A stretch of DNA of 64,000 nucleotides from NCBI GenBank assembly GCA_951406725.2, contig OX597841.1, positions 14,074,001 through 14,138,000 of the forward strand, given 5' to 3'. Both the position numbers and the translations under genes were made by a program. The DNA comes from Octopus vulgaris (Eukaryota). Below are positions 25,301 through 33,774 of the stretch, one piece after another; within the stretch, counting starts at the first letter, position 1, and the number at the start of each line of letters is the position of its first letter. The notes beneath the pieces are model-generated. The model had not been told where the DNA came from and searched no databases. It was given only the letters and a program-made list of their open reading frames with translations.

Positions 25301-27653
25301 ATTTGAACTCAGAACGTAGCGGCAGACGAAATACCTATTTCTTTACTACCCACAAGGGGCTAAGCACAGAGAGGACAAACAAGGACAGACAAACGGATTA
25401 AGTCGATTATATCGACCTCAGTGCATAACTGGTACTTATTTAATCGACCCCGAAAAGATGGAAGGCAAAGTCGACCTCGGCGGAATTTGAACTCCAGCCT
25501 GTAGCATAATCTAGGGGTACAATACGTGACACAACGAAGATCTCCCTTTCATCTTTTATCATCTGAAGGCTCCCTACATTTCAAGAGGAACCAAGGTAGA
25601 CTTACCTCACAACCTGTTTTTCTGTGGGTTTCCACACAGAGTGGTCCAACGTGTAGTAATTACTGTTAATGGCCAGGGGATTGCGGCCCATGAGGTAGAT
25701 GTACTTCTCCCTATTTGCAAGACGGAAATAGAAAGAGATGGGAGTTAATGTATGAGGTGAGTTTATTGTTTAAGGACAGGGTAGGCAGCAGGTACTGAAA
25801 AATGAAAATCTCGTTCGTTATGAGGGGACATTTGAATAAATAAAATATGACAAATGACTGGTGGCACGTAACAAACACCATCCGATCGTGGCCGTTCGCC
25901 AATCTCGCCTGGCCTCCGTGTCGGTGGCACGTAAAAAACACCATCCGAGTGTGGCCGTTTGCCAGCCTCGTCTGGTACCTGTGTCGGTGGCACATAAAAA
26001 ACACCATCCGAGCGTGGCCGTTAGCCAGCCTCGTCTGGCACCTGTGTCGGTGGCACATAAAAAACACCATCCGAGCGTGGCCGTCTGCCAGCCTCGTCTG
26101 GCACCTGTGTCGGTGGCACATAAAATCACCCACTACACTCTCGGAGTGGTTGGCGTTAGGAAGGGCATCCAGCTGTAGAAACACTACCAGATCTGACTGG
26201 CCTGGTGCAGCCTCCTGGCTTCCCAGACCCCAGTTGAACCGTCCAACCCATGCTAGCATGGAAAGCGGACGTTAAACGATGATGATGATGATGATGATGA
26301 TGACTGAGGCCGTTGACAATATGTCGTGCTTGAGAAGAAGACCCATCAAACCAAGCGAGATTTTAGTCGTGGTGGATACTGGTGGCACACAAGTGGCACC
26401 TGTGCCAGTGGAATGTAAAAGCACTCGTTACATTCTTGGAGTGGTTGGCATGTTAGGAAGGGCATCAAGCTGTAGAAACCATGTCGAATCAGACTGGAAT
26501 CTAGCGCATGAAGGTCCCAACTAAGTGGGCCACATCTGATCAGAGAGTGGAACAATTGTGGGTGTTCACCTGTAACTAAGCAACAATAACAATAAGGTAT
26601 CACTTACCACCAATCTGTTACCCAGTTAGGGGTCCACCAAGATTTTAGGACCAAAATTTGTTGTAGCTTTGGCCCAGGGTATTGGGCAAATTTCTGAAAA
26701 AGAAAAAAAAAAGGGAAGAAAGCTTGAGAAAATACATATCTACAATAATATCCAGAGGTATGGGGATGACTGTGTGATTGAGAACCTTGGTACTGAACAA
26801 CATGGTTCCAGGTTCAGTCCCTCTGCGTGGCACCTTGGGCAAGTGTCTTACTACTGTGGCCCTGGCCCAAGAATGTCTTGTGAGGGATTGAGTTCAGTAA
26901 AAAGAAACTGAAAGAAGCCTGTCATGTGGATGTATATATATGTGTGTGTGAGTGTGTGTGTGTATTTTTGTGCTTTATTTTTTACTTGTTTCAGTCATTA
27001 GGCTGCGGCCATGCTGGAGCACGACCTGAAAGGGGTTGTTTTGTCGAAGAAATCTACCCAAGGACTTACTCTTTATAAGCCTGGTGCTTATATTCTCAAT
27101 ATCTCTTGCCTGAGATGTTACGGGGATGTAACCACACCAACATCAGTCATCAAGTGATGGTGGGTGGATGGGGGGACAACAACACACACACACACACACA
27201 CACACATATATGATGGGCTTCTTTCAGTTTCCGTCTACCAAATCCACTCACAAAACTTTGGTCGGTCCAAGGCTATAGTAGAAGATACCTGACCAAGGTG
27301 CCACGCAGTGGAACTGAACCTGGAACCATGTGGTTGAGAAGCAACACTTCTTACCACACAACCGCACCTTTTATCTTTTACTTGCTTCAGTCAATGAACC
27401 ACGGCCATGCTGGGGCAACAACTCAACCCAAGTGTTTATTTTTTCTTTGTAAGTTTGGTACTCGTTCTATCAGCCTCCTTTTGCCAAACTGCCAAGTTAT
27501 GGGAACATAAACAAACCAACACTGGTTGTCAAGCAGTGGTGGAAGACGAACACAAAATGATGATGATGATGATGGTGATGGTGGTGGTGGTGGTGGTGGT
27601 AGTGGTGGTGATGATGTTGGTGGTGGTGGTGGTAGTGATGGTGGTGATGGTGG

Positions 27654-27684
<31 letters not shown>

Positions 27685-27965
27685 GAGAGCAATGACAATG
27701 ATGGTCATGATGATGATGATGATAACGATGGTGATGATGATTATAATGACAACGGTGACAAAGATGATGATGACGATGATGACAGTTGTGACAATGTGAC
27801 AATGATAGTGGTCGTGATGACGATTATGAATGCTGTGGTGATGACAACAATGACTATGGTAGTGATGATGATGATGCCGACGATGATGATGATGATAGTG
27901 GTGGTGGTGTGATGATGGTGATGATGGTGGTGGTGGTGATGATGATGATGATGGTGGTGGTGATA

Positions 27966-27996
<31 letters not shown>

Positions 27997-30900
27997 CAAT
28001 GATGATGATGATAGTGGTGGTGGTGGTGGTGATGATGATGATGATGATGATAATGGTGGTGGTGATGATGATGATGATGGTGGTGATGATAATGATGATG
28101 ATGATGATGATGATGATGATGCTGACGATGATGATGATGATGGTGGTGTTGGTGGTGGTGGTGGTGATGATGGTGATGATGATGGTGATGACGATTGCAG
28201 TTTCCTTACCTTGGCTTGCTCCCTCAAATCTCTAACCTTGTCCGAGTCTTCCCCGTACAGTGGAATGATTGACTTGATAAACTTATCCAGAGTGTCGTTT
28301 AAAGCTGGCACGGGCAGTCGAGGGAGACTCTGTTGACAGTTGTAGAGGAGGGGCGAGTGGCCACTCACCAGCCTAACTAACATGCCCCATGATTTCGTCT
28401 GTAGTCCCTGAGAACGTGGCATCTCATCTGAAAGAGAAAAAAAATCCACATAAACAGATTAAAGAACAAGAGGATCATGGGAAATATTGTTGCAGTTGTT
28501 GTTGTTGTTGTTGTTGTCAGTGTCGTTGTTGTTTAGTCCAGGGTAAGTCTTGCCTGATGAGAGTGACACTCAAAGGTACTGTAACTATAACAAGCCACCA
28601 AGGTGTCCTTTGGGAACCATATGTCTTCTTTCCAGCATGTGGATAAGAAGAAAGCCACAGCGTTAGCTCACTATATATGGGATCTGAAGGCCAACTGCAC
28701 ATCAGACACCGTCAAGTGGAGCATTGTGGGGCTTTATGTTTATCTTCTTGTCACCTTTTTGTTTTTTGCAAAGGCTAACGTCCTTTCCCACTTTTTGCAG
28801 AAAAGACCAGCCATGTTACATATTTGAGTCTGAGAGATTGCTTAGAAACACAGAGCATGCTATACAAGCAAGTCAGGTTATCATGTTTTCACAGTTAGTT
28901 AGTTAATTTGGCTCAAAAGCAAATAGCAAGGCCATGTAGGGGGACATGGAGTTATGTACAGGGTGGTGTTCATGTAAAGAGTTCAGGCCACTTGAGGTCC
29001 AGGGAGGCTTGAACAAAGCGGTCGTCGGCATCTTCACCATCTCGTCTGGCAGCTTGTTCCACGGATCCGCAACCCGGACGGAGAAAGCTCCTCTCCTTCG
29101 ATTGAGATGAAATCGTCGCAAGGTAGAGCTTTTCGGAACGACCCCGCAGCCGACGCTCTGGAGCAGGAGTGAAGAACAGCTCTTTCGAGAGGTTACACTT
29201 TCCGCTTAGGTGGTGGTGGTGGTGGTAGTAGTAGTAGTGGTGGTGGTAGTAGTGGTGGTGGTGGTGGTGGTGGTAGTGGTAGTAGTAGTAGTAACAGCAG
29301 CACTTCCAACCCATGCGTCTGTTTGTGTTGTTGTTGATGATGATGATAATGCTGCTGACGATGGTGGTGGTGATGATGATGATGATGAAGACAAAATAAC
29401 GATGACAATGTAGCCAAGTTTGTGGCTTATAATATTTTGAATTCTTTAGAAAAACTTCCAAAATATTTCCCACATTTCCCAGCTTTTCTCCCAGAGAAAT
29501 CCTTTCCCTTCCATTGTTTATTTATTCTTCCGACATTTTGTCAAAATATCATCATTTCCACAAAATATTTCACAATGACCAGACGGTGGTTTGTTTTGGT
29601 TTTTTGTTTTTTTGTTGTTGTTTTTTGTTATCCTGTTGTGTTGTGGATTCATCTTTGTCACTTTGTTGAGAGTCCAACAATGGCAGAATTCCTTCAGGAG
29701 ACCTACCACCACCACCACTACAACCACCACCACCACCACCACCACCACCACCACCACCATCGCCACCATCTCTACCTCTTTTCTTTTCTCTAAGAGATGA
29801 TCCCTTAGTCTTTGAGGACTGTGATCCAGGCTGTAAAAATGGTTCTATTTTAAGGTGGTGGTGGTGATGGTGGTGGTGGTGGTAGTGGTTGTGGTGGAGG
29901 TGGTAGTGGTTGTGGTGGTGGTGATGGTGGTGGTGGTGGTGGTGATGGTGGTGGTGGTGGTGGTGTTAGCGGTGGTGGTGGTGGTGGTAGTGGTTGTGGT
30001 GGTGGTTGTAGTGGTAGTGGTGGTGGTGGTAGTGGTTGTGGTGGTGGTTGTAGTGGTAGTGGTGGTGGTGGTGGTGGTGGTGGTGATGGTGGTGGTAGTG
30101 GTTGTAGTGGTTGTGGTGGTGATGGTGGTGCTGGTGCTGCTTGTGGTGGTGGTTGTTGTAGTGGTAGTGGTGTTGGTAATAGTGGGGGTGGTAGTAGTAT
30201 TGGTGGTGAGGGTGTTGATGATTGCAGCACTGGTGGTGGTAGCAGGTGTGAGAGAGTAAAACAAAAACAAAAACAAAAACAAAAACAAAAACAAAAAAAA
30301 ACCATAGCAAGACTCACACATCCATCCCCGGTAGGAGAGGAGCAGCCGAAGGAGATAACGTCGAAAGTAAAGCTGAACGATGAAGAAGAAAACTCCGACA
30401 ATGAGGGCCAGGATGAGCTCGGACAGTCCATAGTTGAGATCTGCAAAAAGATGAGATAAAATGGCCAGGGGTGGACTAAGTCAGACAAAAAAATGAACCC
30501 TTTAGCATTTAAACTTAGCGGTTCGGCAAAAGAGACCGATAGAATAAGTACTGGGCTTACAAAGAATAAGTCCTGGGGTCGAGTTGCTCAACTAAAGGCG
30601 GTGCTCCAGCATGGCCACAGTCAAATGGCTGAAACAAGTCAAAGAGAAAAGAAAACAGAAAGATACCATAGGCGCAGGAGTGGCTGTGTGGTAAGTAGCT
30701 TGCTAACCAACCACATGGTTCCGGGTTCAGTCCCACTGCGTGGCATCTTGGGCAAGTGTCTTTTGCTATAGCGCCGGGTCGACCAATGCCTTGTGAGTGG
30801 ATTTGGTAGACGGAAACTGAAAGAAGCCCATCATAGGCGCAGGAGTGGCTGTGTGGTAAGTAGCTTGCTAACCAACCACATGGTTCCGGGTTCAGTCCCA

Positions 30901-31631
30901 CTGCGTGGCATCTTGGGCAAGTGTCTTCTGCTATAGCGCCGGGTCGACCAATGCCTTGTGAGTGGATTTGGTAGACGGAAACTGAAAGAAGCCCATCATA
31001 GGCGCAGGAGTGGCTGTGTGGTAAGTAGCTTGCTAACCAACCACATGGTTCCGGGTTCAGTCCCATTGCGTGACATCTTGGGCAAGTGTCTTTTGCTATA
31101 GCCCCGGGCTGACCAATGCCTTGTGAGTGGATTTGGTAGACGGAAACTGAAAGAAGCCTGTCGTATATATGTATATATATATACGTATGTGTTTGTGTGT
31201 CTGTGTTTGTCCCCCTAGCATTGCTTGACAACCGATGCTGGTGTGTTTACGTCCCCGTCACTTAGCGGTTCGGCAAAAAGAGACCGATAGAATAAGTACT
31301 GGGCTTACAAAGAACAAGTCCCGGGGTCGAGTTGCTCGACTAAAGGCGGTGCTCCAGCATGGCCGCAGTCAAATGACTGAAACAAGTAAAAGAGTATACC
31401 AGGCCCCAAAATTCCAACTTGTTTTATGGTCAAACTGACCGGATCAGACCCCAGCAATAGCAACAACAACACTTACCTGTTGGTAAATTTAAATAGTCGG
31501 CCAGTCTCCACAGGAGACTGCTGGGTAACGAAGTGTGACTGTCCTGAGCAAGGAGAAGGGTCAGCAGACCCACCATGAGTATTCCCAAGTTCCATGCCGA
31601 CGTTGGCCATAAACCATTATAAATTAAATTT
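3693..31631 (-). CDS. CPT1: Carnitine O-palmitoyltransferase 1-family gene (16 identified coding exons, ~727 aa; N-terminal ~45 aa exon not found)
   Basis: Exons joined at GT-AG sites with matching phases give one open frame (2185 nt) with CPT1 motifs: NGLWP/TM1, [47 protein letters not shown] (catalytic His), [59 protein letters not shown]. Confidence 0.95.
3923..4330 (+). mobile_element. tRNA-derived SINE family A (GGAGTGGCTGTGTGG head); other copies ~4385-4783(-), 13631-14037(-), 16466-16880(+), 17598-17995(+), 34288-34650(-), 42075-42465(-), 47615-47990(+), 57700-58100(+), 59775-60180(+), 62362-62765(-)
   Basis: Highly repeated ~400-bp unit with A/B-box-like head (TGGCTGTGTGG...GGTTCAGTCCC), CTTGGGCAAGT core, internal (TA)n/(TG)n and AGTAAAAG tail; resembles described octopus SINEs. 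Confidence 0.85.
4800..5430. repeat. (CCAT)n/(CTGT)n degenerate microsatellite
   Basis: Visible tetranucleotide periodicity. Confidence 0.9.
5843..6326 (-). mobile_element. RTE-like LINE 3' fragment with inverted 5' segment and 11-bp TSD
   Basis: Minus strand ...[14 protein letters not shown]...[11 protein letters not shown]...STTVEQ* plus (TGA)n tail; ~6229-6330 is the contiguous upstream sequence in the opposite orientation; CCTGTATCCTT at 5832-5842 and 6327-6337. Confidence 0.85.
6340..6456 (-). CDS. CPT1: CPT1 exon: [39 protein letters not shown]
   Basis: tcttgtag acceptor, gtaagg donor; 117 nt; carnitine-binding STS motif. Confidence 0.93.
6556..7545. mobile_element. Penelope-like non-coding element with direct and inverted partial repeats, split by (TA)n
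   Basis: 6556-6690 is repeated directly at 7175-7303; 7338-7540 is an inverted copy of 6960-7070 plus 7220-7330; contains a hammerhead motif. Confidence 0.65.
7040..7082 (-). ncRNA. Putative minimal type I hammerhead ribozyme (canonical CUGAUGA core), sense within a CPT1 intron
   Basis: CTGTG-CTGATGA-A-GGG aaataa CCC-A-GAAA-TCATGA-TA-CACAG; 5-bp stem I, palindromic stem III; the partner at ~7334-7370(+) has palindrome TCGCGA. Confidence 0.72.
7710..8310. repeat. (GGT)n-rich low-complexity tract
   Basis: Trinucleotide periodicity; source of Pro/His/Val ORFs. Confidence 0.9.
8378..8534 (-). CDS. CPT1: CPT1 exon: [52 protein letters not shown]
   Basis: ggacag acceptor, gtaagt donor; 157 nt; G.G.DRHLF.LY motif. 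Confidence 0.95.
8550..9545. repeat. Degenerate GGAAATAGGG-based minisatellite
   Basis: Recurrent gaaatagggg / ttatattggaaaacagaagt units. Confidence 0.8.
10434..10594 (-). CDS. CPT1: CPT1 exon: [16 protein letters not shown]...[29 protein letters not shown]
   Basis: ttgcag acceptor, gtgaga donor; 161 nt; SPDAF.Q and [15 protein letters not shown] motifs. Confidence 0.96.
10758..11258. mobile_element. Tandem dimer of a ~258-bp interspersed repeat (SINE-like; related sequence inverted at ~50930-51045)
   Basis: agcactccgtcggtt...cagggatca repeated at ~10758 and ~11016. Confidence 0.75.
12057..12128 (-). CDS. CPT1: CPT1 exon: [24 protein letters not shown]
   Basis: ctttcag acceptor, gtaaag donor; 72 nt; FGKG.IK motif. 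Confidence 0.92.
12490..12890 (+). mobile_element. SINE-like family C (GGAAGGGCATCCAGCTGTAGAAAC core, (GAT)n tail, internal ~60-bp tandem units); other copies ~15945-16272(+), 25860-26302(+), 40546-40935(-), 40972-41305(+), 45300-45678(+), 46608-46990(-), 49910-50340(-)
   Basis: Many near-identical copies on both strands. Confidence 0.85.
13399..13549 (-). CDS. CPT1: CPT1 exon: [50 protein letters not shown]
   Basis: tgtttcag acceptor, gtgagt donor; 151 nt; P..LQWD motif. Confidence 0.9.
14429..15122 (+). mobile_element. Tandem pair of Helentron/HINE-like non-autonomous elements
   Basis: Two copies starting (ACT)AGCAGTATCGCCCGGCGTTGCTCGGG (GC-rich hairpin) and ending CTTTTATATATA; the same terminus is inverted at ~51385-51419. 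Confidence 0.55.
15204..15403 (-). CDS. CPT1: CPT1 catalytic exon: VTLETL...[33 protein letters not shown]...MTN
   Basis: tcactag acceptor, gtgagt donor; 200 nt; WFDKS and EHS.ADAP (catalytic His). Confidence 0.96.
17087..17226 (-). CDS. CPT1: CPT1 exon: [46 protein letters not shown]
   Basis: cctccag acceptor, gtaagt donor; 140 nt; R..WA..R..F..G.NK.SL..IE.A.FF motif. Confidence 0.93.
18104..18233 (-). CDS. CPT1: CPT1 exon: [43 protein letters not shown]
   Basis: tctctgcag acceptor, gtaagt donor; 130 nt; HIV...RG..DG.LL motif. Confidence 0.92.
18320..19615 (+). mobile_element. CR1/L2-like LINE 3' fragment with amplified 3' end and (ATT)n tail
   Basis: [19 protein letters not shown]...[10 protein letters not shown]...YPERL...TRGH...[14 protein letters not shown] is a typical ORF2 C-terminus. 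Confidence 0.9.
18879..19466. repeat. 12 x 49-bp tandem repeat derived from the LINE ORF2 stop region
   Basis: AAAACTTCCATGCTTYCTGAGATTCGCCAACACTACACCTGATTTTCTC at 49-nt spacing, no spacers. Confidence 0.93.
20971..21019 (-). CDS. CPT1: CPT1 small exon: [16 protein letters not shown]
   Basis: ttttcag acceptor, gtaagt donor; 49 nt; RIPGEE.D motif; phases fit both neighbours. Confidence 0.9.
21365..22355. repeat. ~1-kb (CAT)n microsatellite with ~120-bp higher-order periodicity
   Basis: Recurring aacatc...attattatcataattatc blocks. Confidence 0.9.
22811..23550 (+). mobile_element. RTE-like LINE 3' fragment with internal tandem duplication
   Basis: Two consecutive copies of [19 protein letters not shown]...[11 protein letters not shown]; the second runs to STTVEQ and a TGA-type tail; same family as 5843-6326. 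Confidence 0.88.
23694..23825 (-). CDS. CPT1: CPT1 exon: [43 protein letters not shown]
   Basis: ttgcag acceptor, gtaagt donor; 132 nt; LDREEIKP and P.C..Q.ER.F.T motifs. Confidence 0.93.
23846..24271. mobile_element. piggyBac-type MITE with TTAA TSDs and an internal duplication
   Basis: TTAA-CCCTTTCGTTACC ... GGTAACGAAAGGG-TTAA; a ~76-bp direct repeat (23859-23935 / 24055-24131) flanks a foreign insert. Confidence 0.8.
23991..24025 (-). ncRNA. Degenerate minimal hammerhead motif (CUGAAGA core)
   Basis: TCTT-CTGAAGA-T-GGGC cttt GCCC-GAAA-TAT-AAGA; one nt short at stem III/cleavage site. Confidence 0.45.
25606..25710 (-). CDS. CPT1: CPT1 exon: [34 protein letters not shown]
   Basis: aaatag acceptor, gtaagt donor; 105 nt; YL.GR.PL..NSNYY motif. 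Confidence 0.93.
26608..26693 (-). CDS. CPT1: CPT1 exon: [28 protein letters not shown]
   Basis: ttttcag acceptor, gtaagt donor; 86 nt; LKSWW..N.V.DWW motif. Confidence 0.93.
28210..28427 (-). CDS. CPT1: CPT1 exon: EMPRSQ...[21 protein letters not shown]...REQAK
   Basis: ctctttcag acceptor, gtaagg donor; 218 nt; LPRLPVP acyltransferase signature. Confidence 0.95.
28550..28830 (+). mobile_element. Penelope-like retroelement remnant (hammerhead relic plus GIY-YIG C-terminal fragment)
   Basis: CTGATGA-GAGT gac ACTC-AAA at 28554-28574 followed by [22 protein letters not shown]...VKWSI, resembling PLE endonuclease C-termini. Confidence 0.6.
28893..29207 (-). mobile_element. CR1-like LINE 3' fragment with (TAAC)n tail
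   Basis: [24 protein letters not shown]; same family as 48378-48920. Confidence 0.85.
30318..30440 (-). CDS. CPT1: CPT1 exon (TM2): [40 protein letters not shown]
   Basis: tttttgcag acceptor, gtgagt donor; 123 nt; conserved LLSY.GWM motif. Confidence 0.92.
30668..31395 (+). mobile_element. SINE family A with its ~165-bp 5' part triplicated in tandem
   Basis: cataggcgcaggagtggctgtgtgg starts at ~30667, ~30832 and ~30997. Confidence 0.88.
31477..31631 (-). CDS. CPT1: CPT1 exon (TM1): [51 protein letters not shown]
   Basis: ttcttcctag acceptor, G|gtaagt donor; 155 nt; similar to the CPT1 NG..GV.P + TM1 segment. Confidence 0.85.
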
Positions 31632-31815
31632 CTAGGAAGAAAAAAAAAAAAGAGATGAGAAAAGTGGTTATTGATGATAAATAGCAGAATCAGAAGATCA
31701 TCGGAACGAATGAATTATGTCATTTAGAGCAGTGCTTCTCAAAATATCTGATGTTGCACCCCGGTAGTTCTTTTTCCAATGTGCCAGGAAACGGTAATAT
31801 TACTTTATACCTGAA

Positions 31816-32820
31816 ACAATATATATAATCTTTTCTACTCAAGGCACAAGGTTCAAAATTTTAGGAGAGGAGGGGCCAGTCAATTAGATCGACCTCAGTA
31901 CGCAACTGGTACTTAATTTATTCTTTTCTACTCAAGGCACAAGGTCTGGAATTTTGGGGGAGGGTGCCCAGTCGATTAGATCAACCCCAGTACGCAACTG
32001 GTACTTAATTTATTCTTTTCTACTCAAGGCACAAGGTCTGAAATTTTGGGGGAGGGTGCCCAGTTGATTAGATCAACCCCAGTACGCAACTGGTACTTAA
32101 TTTATTCTTTCTACTCAAGGCACAAGGTCTGAAATTTTGGGGCAGGGTGCCCAGTCGATTAGATCGCCCCAGTACACAATATATATAATCTTTTCTACTC
32201 AAGGCACAAGGTTCAAAATTTTAGGAGAGGAGGGGCCAGTCAATTAGATCGACCTCAGTACGCAACTGGTACTTAATTTATTCTTTTCTACTCAAGGCAC
32301 AAGGTCTGAAATTTTGGGGGAGGGTGCCCAGTCGATTAGATCAACCCCAGTACGCAACTGGTACTTAATTTATTCTTTTCTACTCAAGGCACAAGGTCTG
32401 GAATTTTGGGGGAGGGTGCCCAGTCGATTAGATCAACCCCAGTACGCAACTGGTACTTAATTTATTCTTTTCTACTCAAGGCACAAGGTCTGAAATTTTG
32501 GGGGAGGGTGCCCAGTTGATTAGATCAACCCCGGTACGCAACTGGTACTTAATTTATTCTTTTCTACTCAAGGCACAAGGTCTGAAATTTTGGGGGAGGG
32601 TGCCCAGTCGATTAGATCAACCCCAGTACACAACTGGTACTTAATTTATTCTTTTTTACTCAAAGCACAAGGTCTGAAATTTTGGGGGAGGGTGCCCAGT
32701 CGATTAGATCAACCCCAGTATGCAACTGGTACTTAATTTATTCTTTTCTACTCAAGGCACAAGGTCTGAAATTTTGGGGCAGGGCGCCCAGTCAATTAGA
32801 TCGACCCCAGTATATAACTG
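31816..32820. repeat. ~92-bp SINE-tail-derived satellite (~11 units) with a 360-bp higher-order duplication
   Basis: ttcttttctactcaaggcacaagg...ctggtacttaattta units; variant lead unit at ~31816 and ~32176. Confidence 0.9.
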
Positions 32821-33207
32821 GATCTGGGAAATGGAAGCATTCATCAAGACATTTATAGAGGCATCACTTTTCCAAATGGCCGTGGGATTTTGGTCAAAAC
32901 CATAGAAGAATTGATTACCAAGACTTACTCCAAACATTGGACATAATTTTCAAGATCCTGATTAGCTTTGCGAAAGAGCACCAAAGAATGAAATAGTCCA
33001 GGTTGCCAAATTCTTTGTTAAACTTAAAATCAATTGAAACAAACACAGAACATCTCAACAGAAATATGGAAACAAAAGGGTTAAACTTTTCCATAAATCC
33101 AAATACAAACTTACCCCCAACACACACCTCCATCTTACCCCCAACACATACATACCTCCATGGTCGTTATTATATACCCTTCTATATCTTTTCTATCAAC
33201 CTTAGTA

Positions 33208-33626
33208 CCTATTTCTTTACTACCCACAAGAGGCTAAACACAGAGAGGACAAACAAGGACAGACAAATGGATTAAGTCGATTACATCGACCCCAGTGCGT
33301 AACTGGTACTTATTTAATCGACCCTGAAAGGATGAAAGTCAAAGTCGACCTCGGTGGAATTTGAACTCAAAACATAGCGGCAGACGAAATACCTATTTCT
33401 TTACTACCCACAAGGGGCTAAACACAGAGGGGACAAACAAGGACAGACAAATGGATTAAGTCGATTACATCGACATCAGTGCATAACTGGTACTTATTTA
33501 ATCGACCCCAAAAGGATGAAAGGCAAAGTCGACCTCGGCGGAATTTGAACTCAGAACGTAGCGGCAGACGAAATACTGCTGAGCATTTCGCCCGGCCTGC
33601 TAACGATTCTGCCAGCTCGCCGCCTT
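33208..33626 (-). mobile_element. SINE family B (GGCGAGCTGGCAGAA head), dimeric copy; others ~1-160(-), 11292-11680(+), 13085-13282(-), 15611-15845(-), 25155-25495(-), 43380-43610(-)
   Basis: tRNA-like head with GAGTTCAAATTCC B-box followed by GCCTTTCATCCTTTCGGGGTCGATAAA, repeated many times. Confidence 0.85.
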
Positions 33627-33657
33627 AAAAATATTCAGGAATTAAATTCCAAGCCAA

Positions 33658-33774
33658 AGGGTGCACCCGGGGTTTAACCGGGGGGGGGGGGAGGACCTAA
33701 AACATTCAGGAATTAAATTCAGAGCTGAAGGGGGCACCCTGCAGTCGAATGCTCTCCCACTGAGCTATACCTCC
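33658..33774 (-). pseudogene. Rearranged tRNA-Cys(GCA) pseudogene in two pieces
   Basis: GGAGGTATAGCTCAGTGGGAGAGCATTCGACTGCAG joined directly to GGTGCCCCCT (33774-33729); the missing 3' half AGGTCC(TC)n..GGTTAAACCCCGGGTGCACCC follows at 33698-33658. Confidence 0.75.

Noticed and set aside
31816-32820. CRISPR-like or coding repeat array
   Set aside because: No spacers; the unit matches the tail of SINE family B.
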